A stretch of 64,000 nt of DNA from a phage, in sequence record PZ386963.1. One strand, 5' to 3'. Position 1 is the first letter of the stretch. Every line of letters begins with the position of its first letter. Below are positions 63,557-64,000 of the stretch, piece after piece. The notes beneath the pieces are model-generated. The model was not told where the DNA came from. It searched no databases and saw only the letters and a list, made by a program, of their open reading frames with translations. A program made the translations under genes and the position numbers.

Positions 63557-63594
63557 AGTTATTTTACTCTCTCTCAATTAAAATAATAATAATG

Positions 63595-63655
63595 CCCTGC
63601 TATAAGTATTCTTCCTTTCGCTACCGAAGAGTATTTTTAGACAGGGCTTTTTTAC
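63595..63655 (+). terminator. Terminator-like compound hairpin ending the tRNA cluster
   Basis: GCCCTG ... CAGGGC followed by TTTTTT. Confidence 0.4.
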
Positions 63656-63778
63656 AGAGTTATACTTTATAGGAAGACTTATACAGTATGTCTCTGACGT
63701 ACATTGTGGTTTCTCCTTGACGGTCTCTGTGCCGTCTTTTTTAAGGGGAAACAAGATTTATTATTTGGAGAAAACATA

Positions 63779-63979
63779 ATGAGCGAGAACGTTTATAAAG
63801 AACTTTATGAAGCTAACAAGAAGTTAGAGTTTATGCAGAATACTATCATGGCAATTGCAGATAGATTATCTGTAGCAACAGGTATTGATATTAAAGAAGC
63901 ATCTATGGATGCACTTCTTGATGCTGTTGATGTAAAGTTCGAAGTTAAGAAAGAAGAGACTGCTACAGACTCTGAATAA
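63779..63979 (+). CDS. Hypothetical protein
   Basis: Start at MSENVYKE behind GGAG RBS; preceded by GACGG...CCGTC-TTTTTT hairpin. Confidence 0.4.
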   Translation: MSENVYKELYEANKKLEFMQNTIMAIADRLSVATGIDIKEASMDALLDAVDVKFEVKKEETATDSE

Positions 63980-64000
63980 TTCTATTTGCGGAGGCGCTTA

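Noticed and set aside
1-64000. Prophage or integrative element, transposon or IS
   Set aside because: No integrase, recombinase, transposase, terminal inverted repeats or att-like duplications were seen. Gene content is that of a strictly lytic phage replication/early region.

Overview
This window reads as about 64 kb of a virulent tailed dsDNA phage genome with T5-like (Demerecviridae-like) gene content; no integrase, transposase or rRNA was seen. All calls are by-eye motif recognition on the supplied ORF track, with no database search or folding run. Layout: (1) 0.25-9.6 kb, minus-strand replication/nucleotide block (thymidylate synthase, DHFR, ATP-dependent DNA ligase, HNH-AP2 homing endonuclease, family-A DNA polymerase). 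(2) 9.8-39.7 kb, plus-strand early block (dNMP kinase, primase-helicase, flap endonuclease, aerobic and anaerobic ribonucleotide reductases, a Prs-like plus Nampt-like NAD+ module, rIIA/rIIB-like pair, lytic transglycosylase, TARG1-like macrodomain). (3) 40.1-46.2 kb, array of 14 small genes, each behind a conserved promoter + GC stem-loop + leader cassette. (4) 46.2-47.8 kb, ORF-free region packed with short degenerate repeats. (5) 47.8-55.8 kb, minus-strand block including a T4-type lysozyme and two paralogues, one with three Ig-like repeats. (6) 56.2-63.6 kb, a vWA-domain (TROVE/Ro60-like?) protein followed by a cluster of at least 27 tRNA or tRNA-like genes interspersed with conserved hairpin elements and four protein genes. 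The most interesting candidates are the cassette array, the NAD+ module, the macrodomain, and the vWA protein with the non-tRNA RNA elements beside it.
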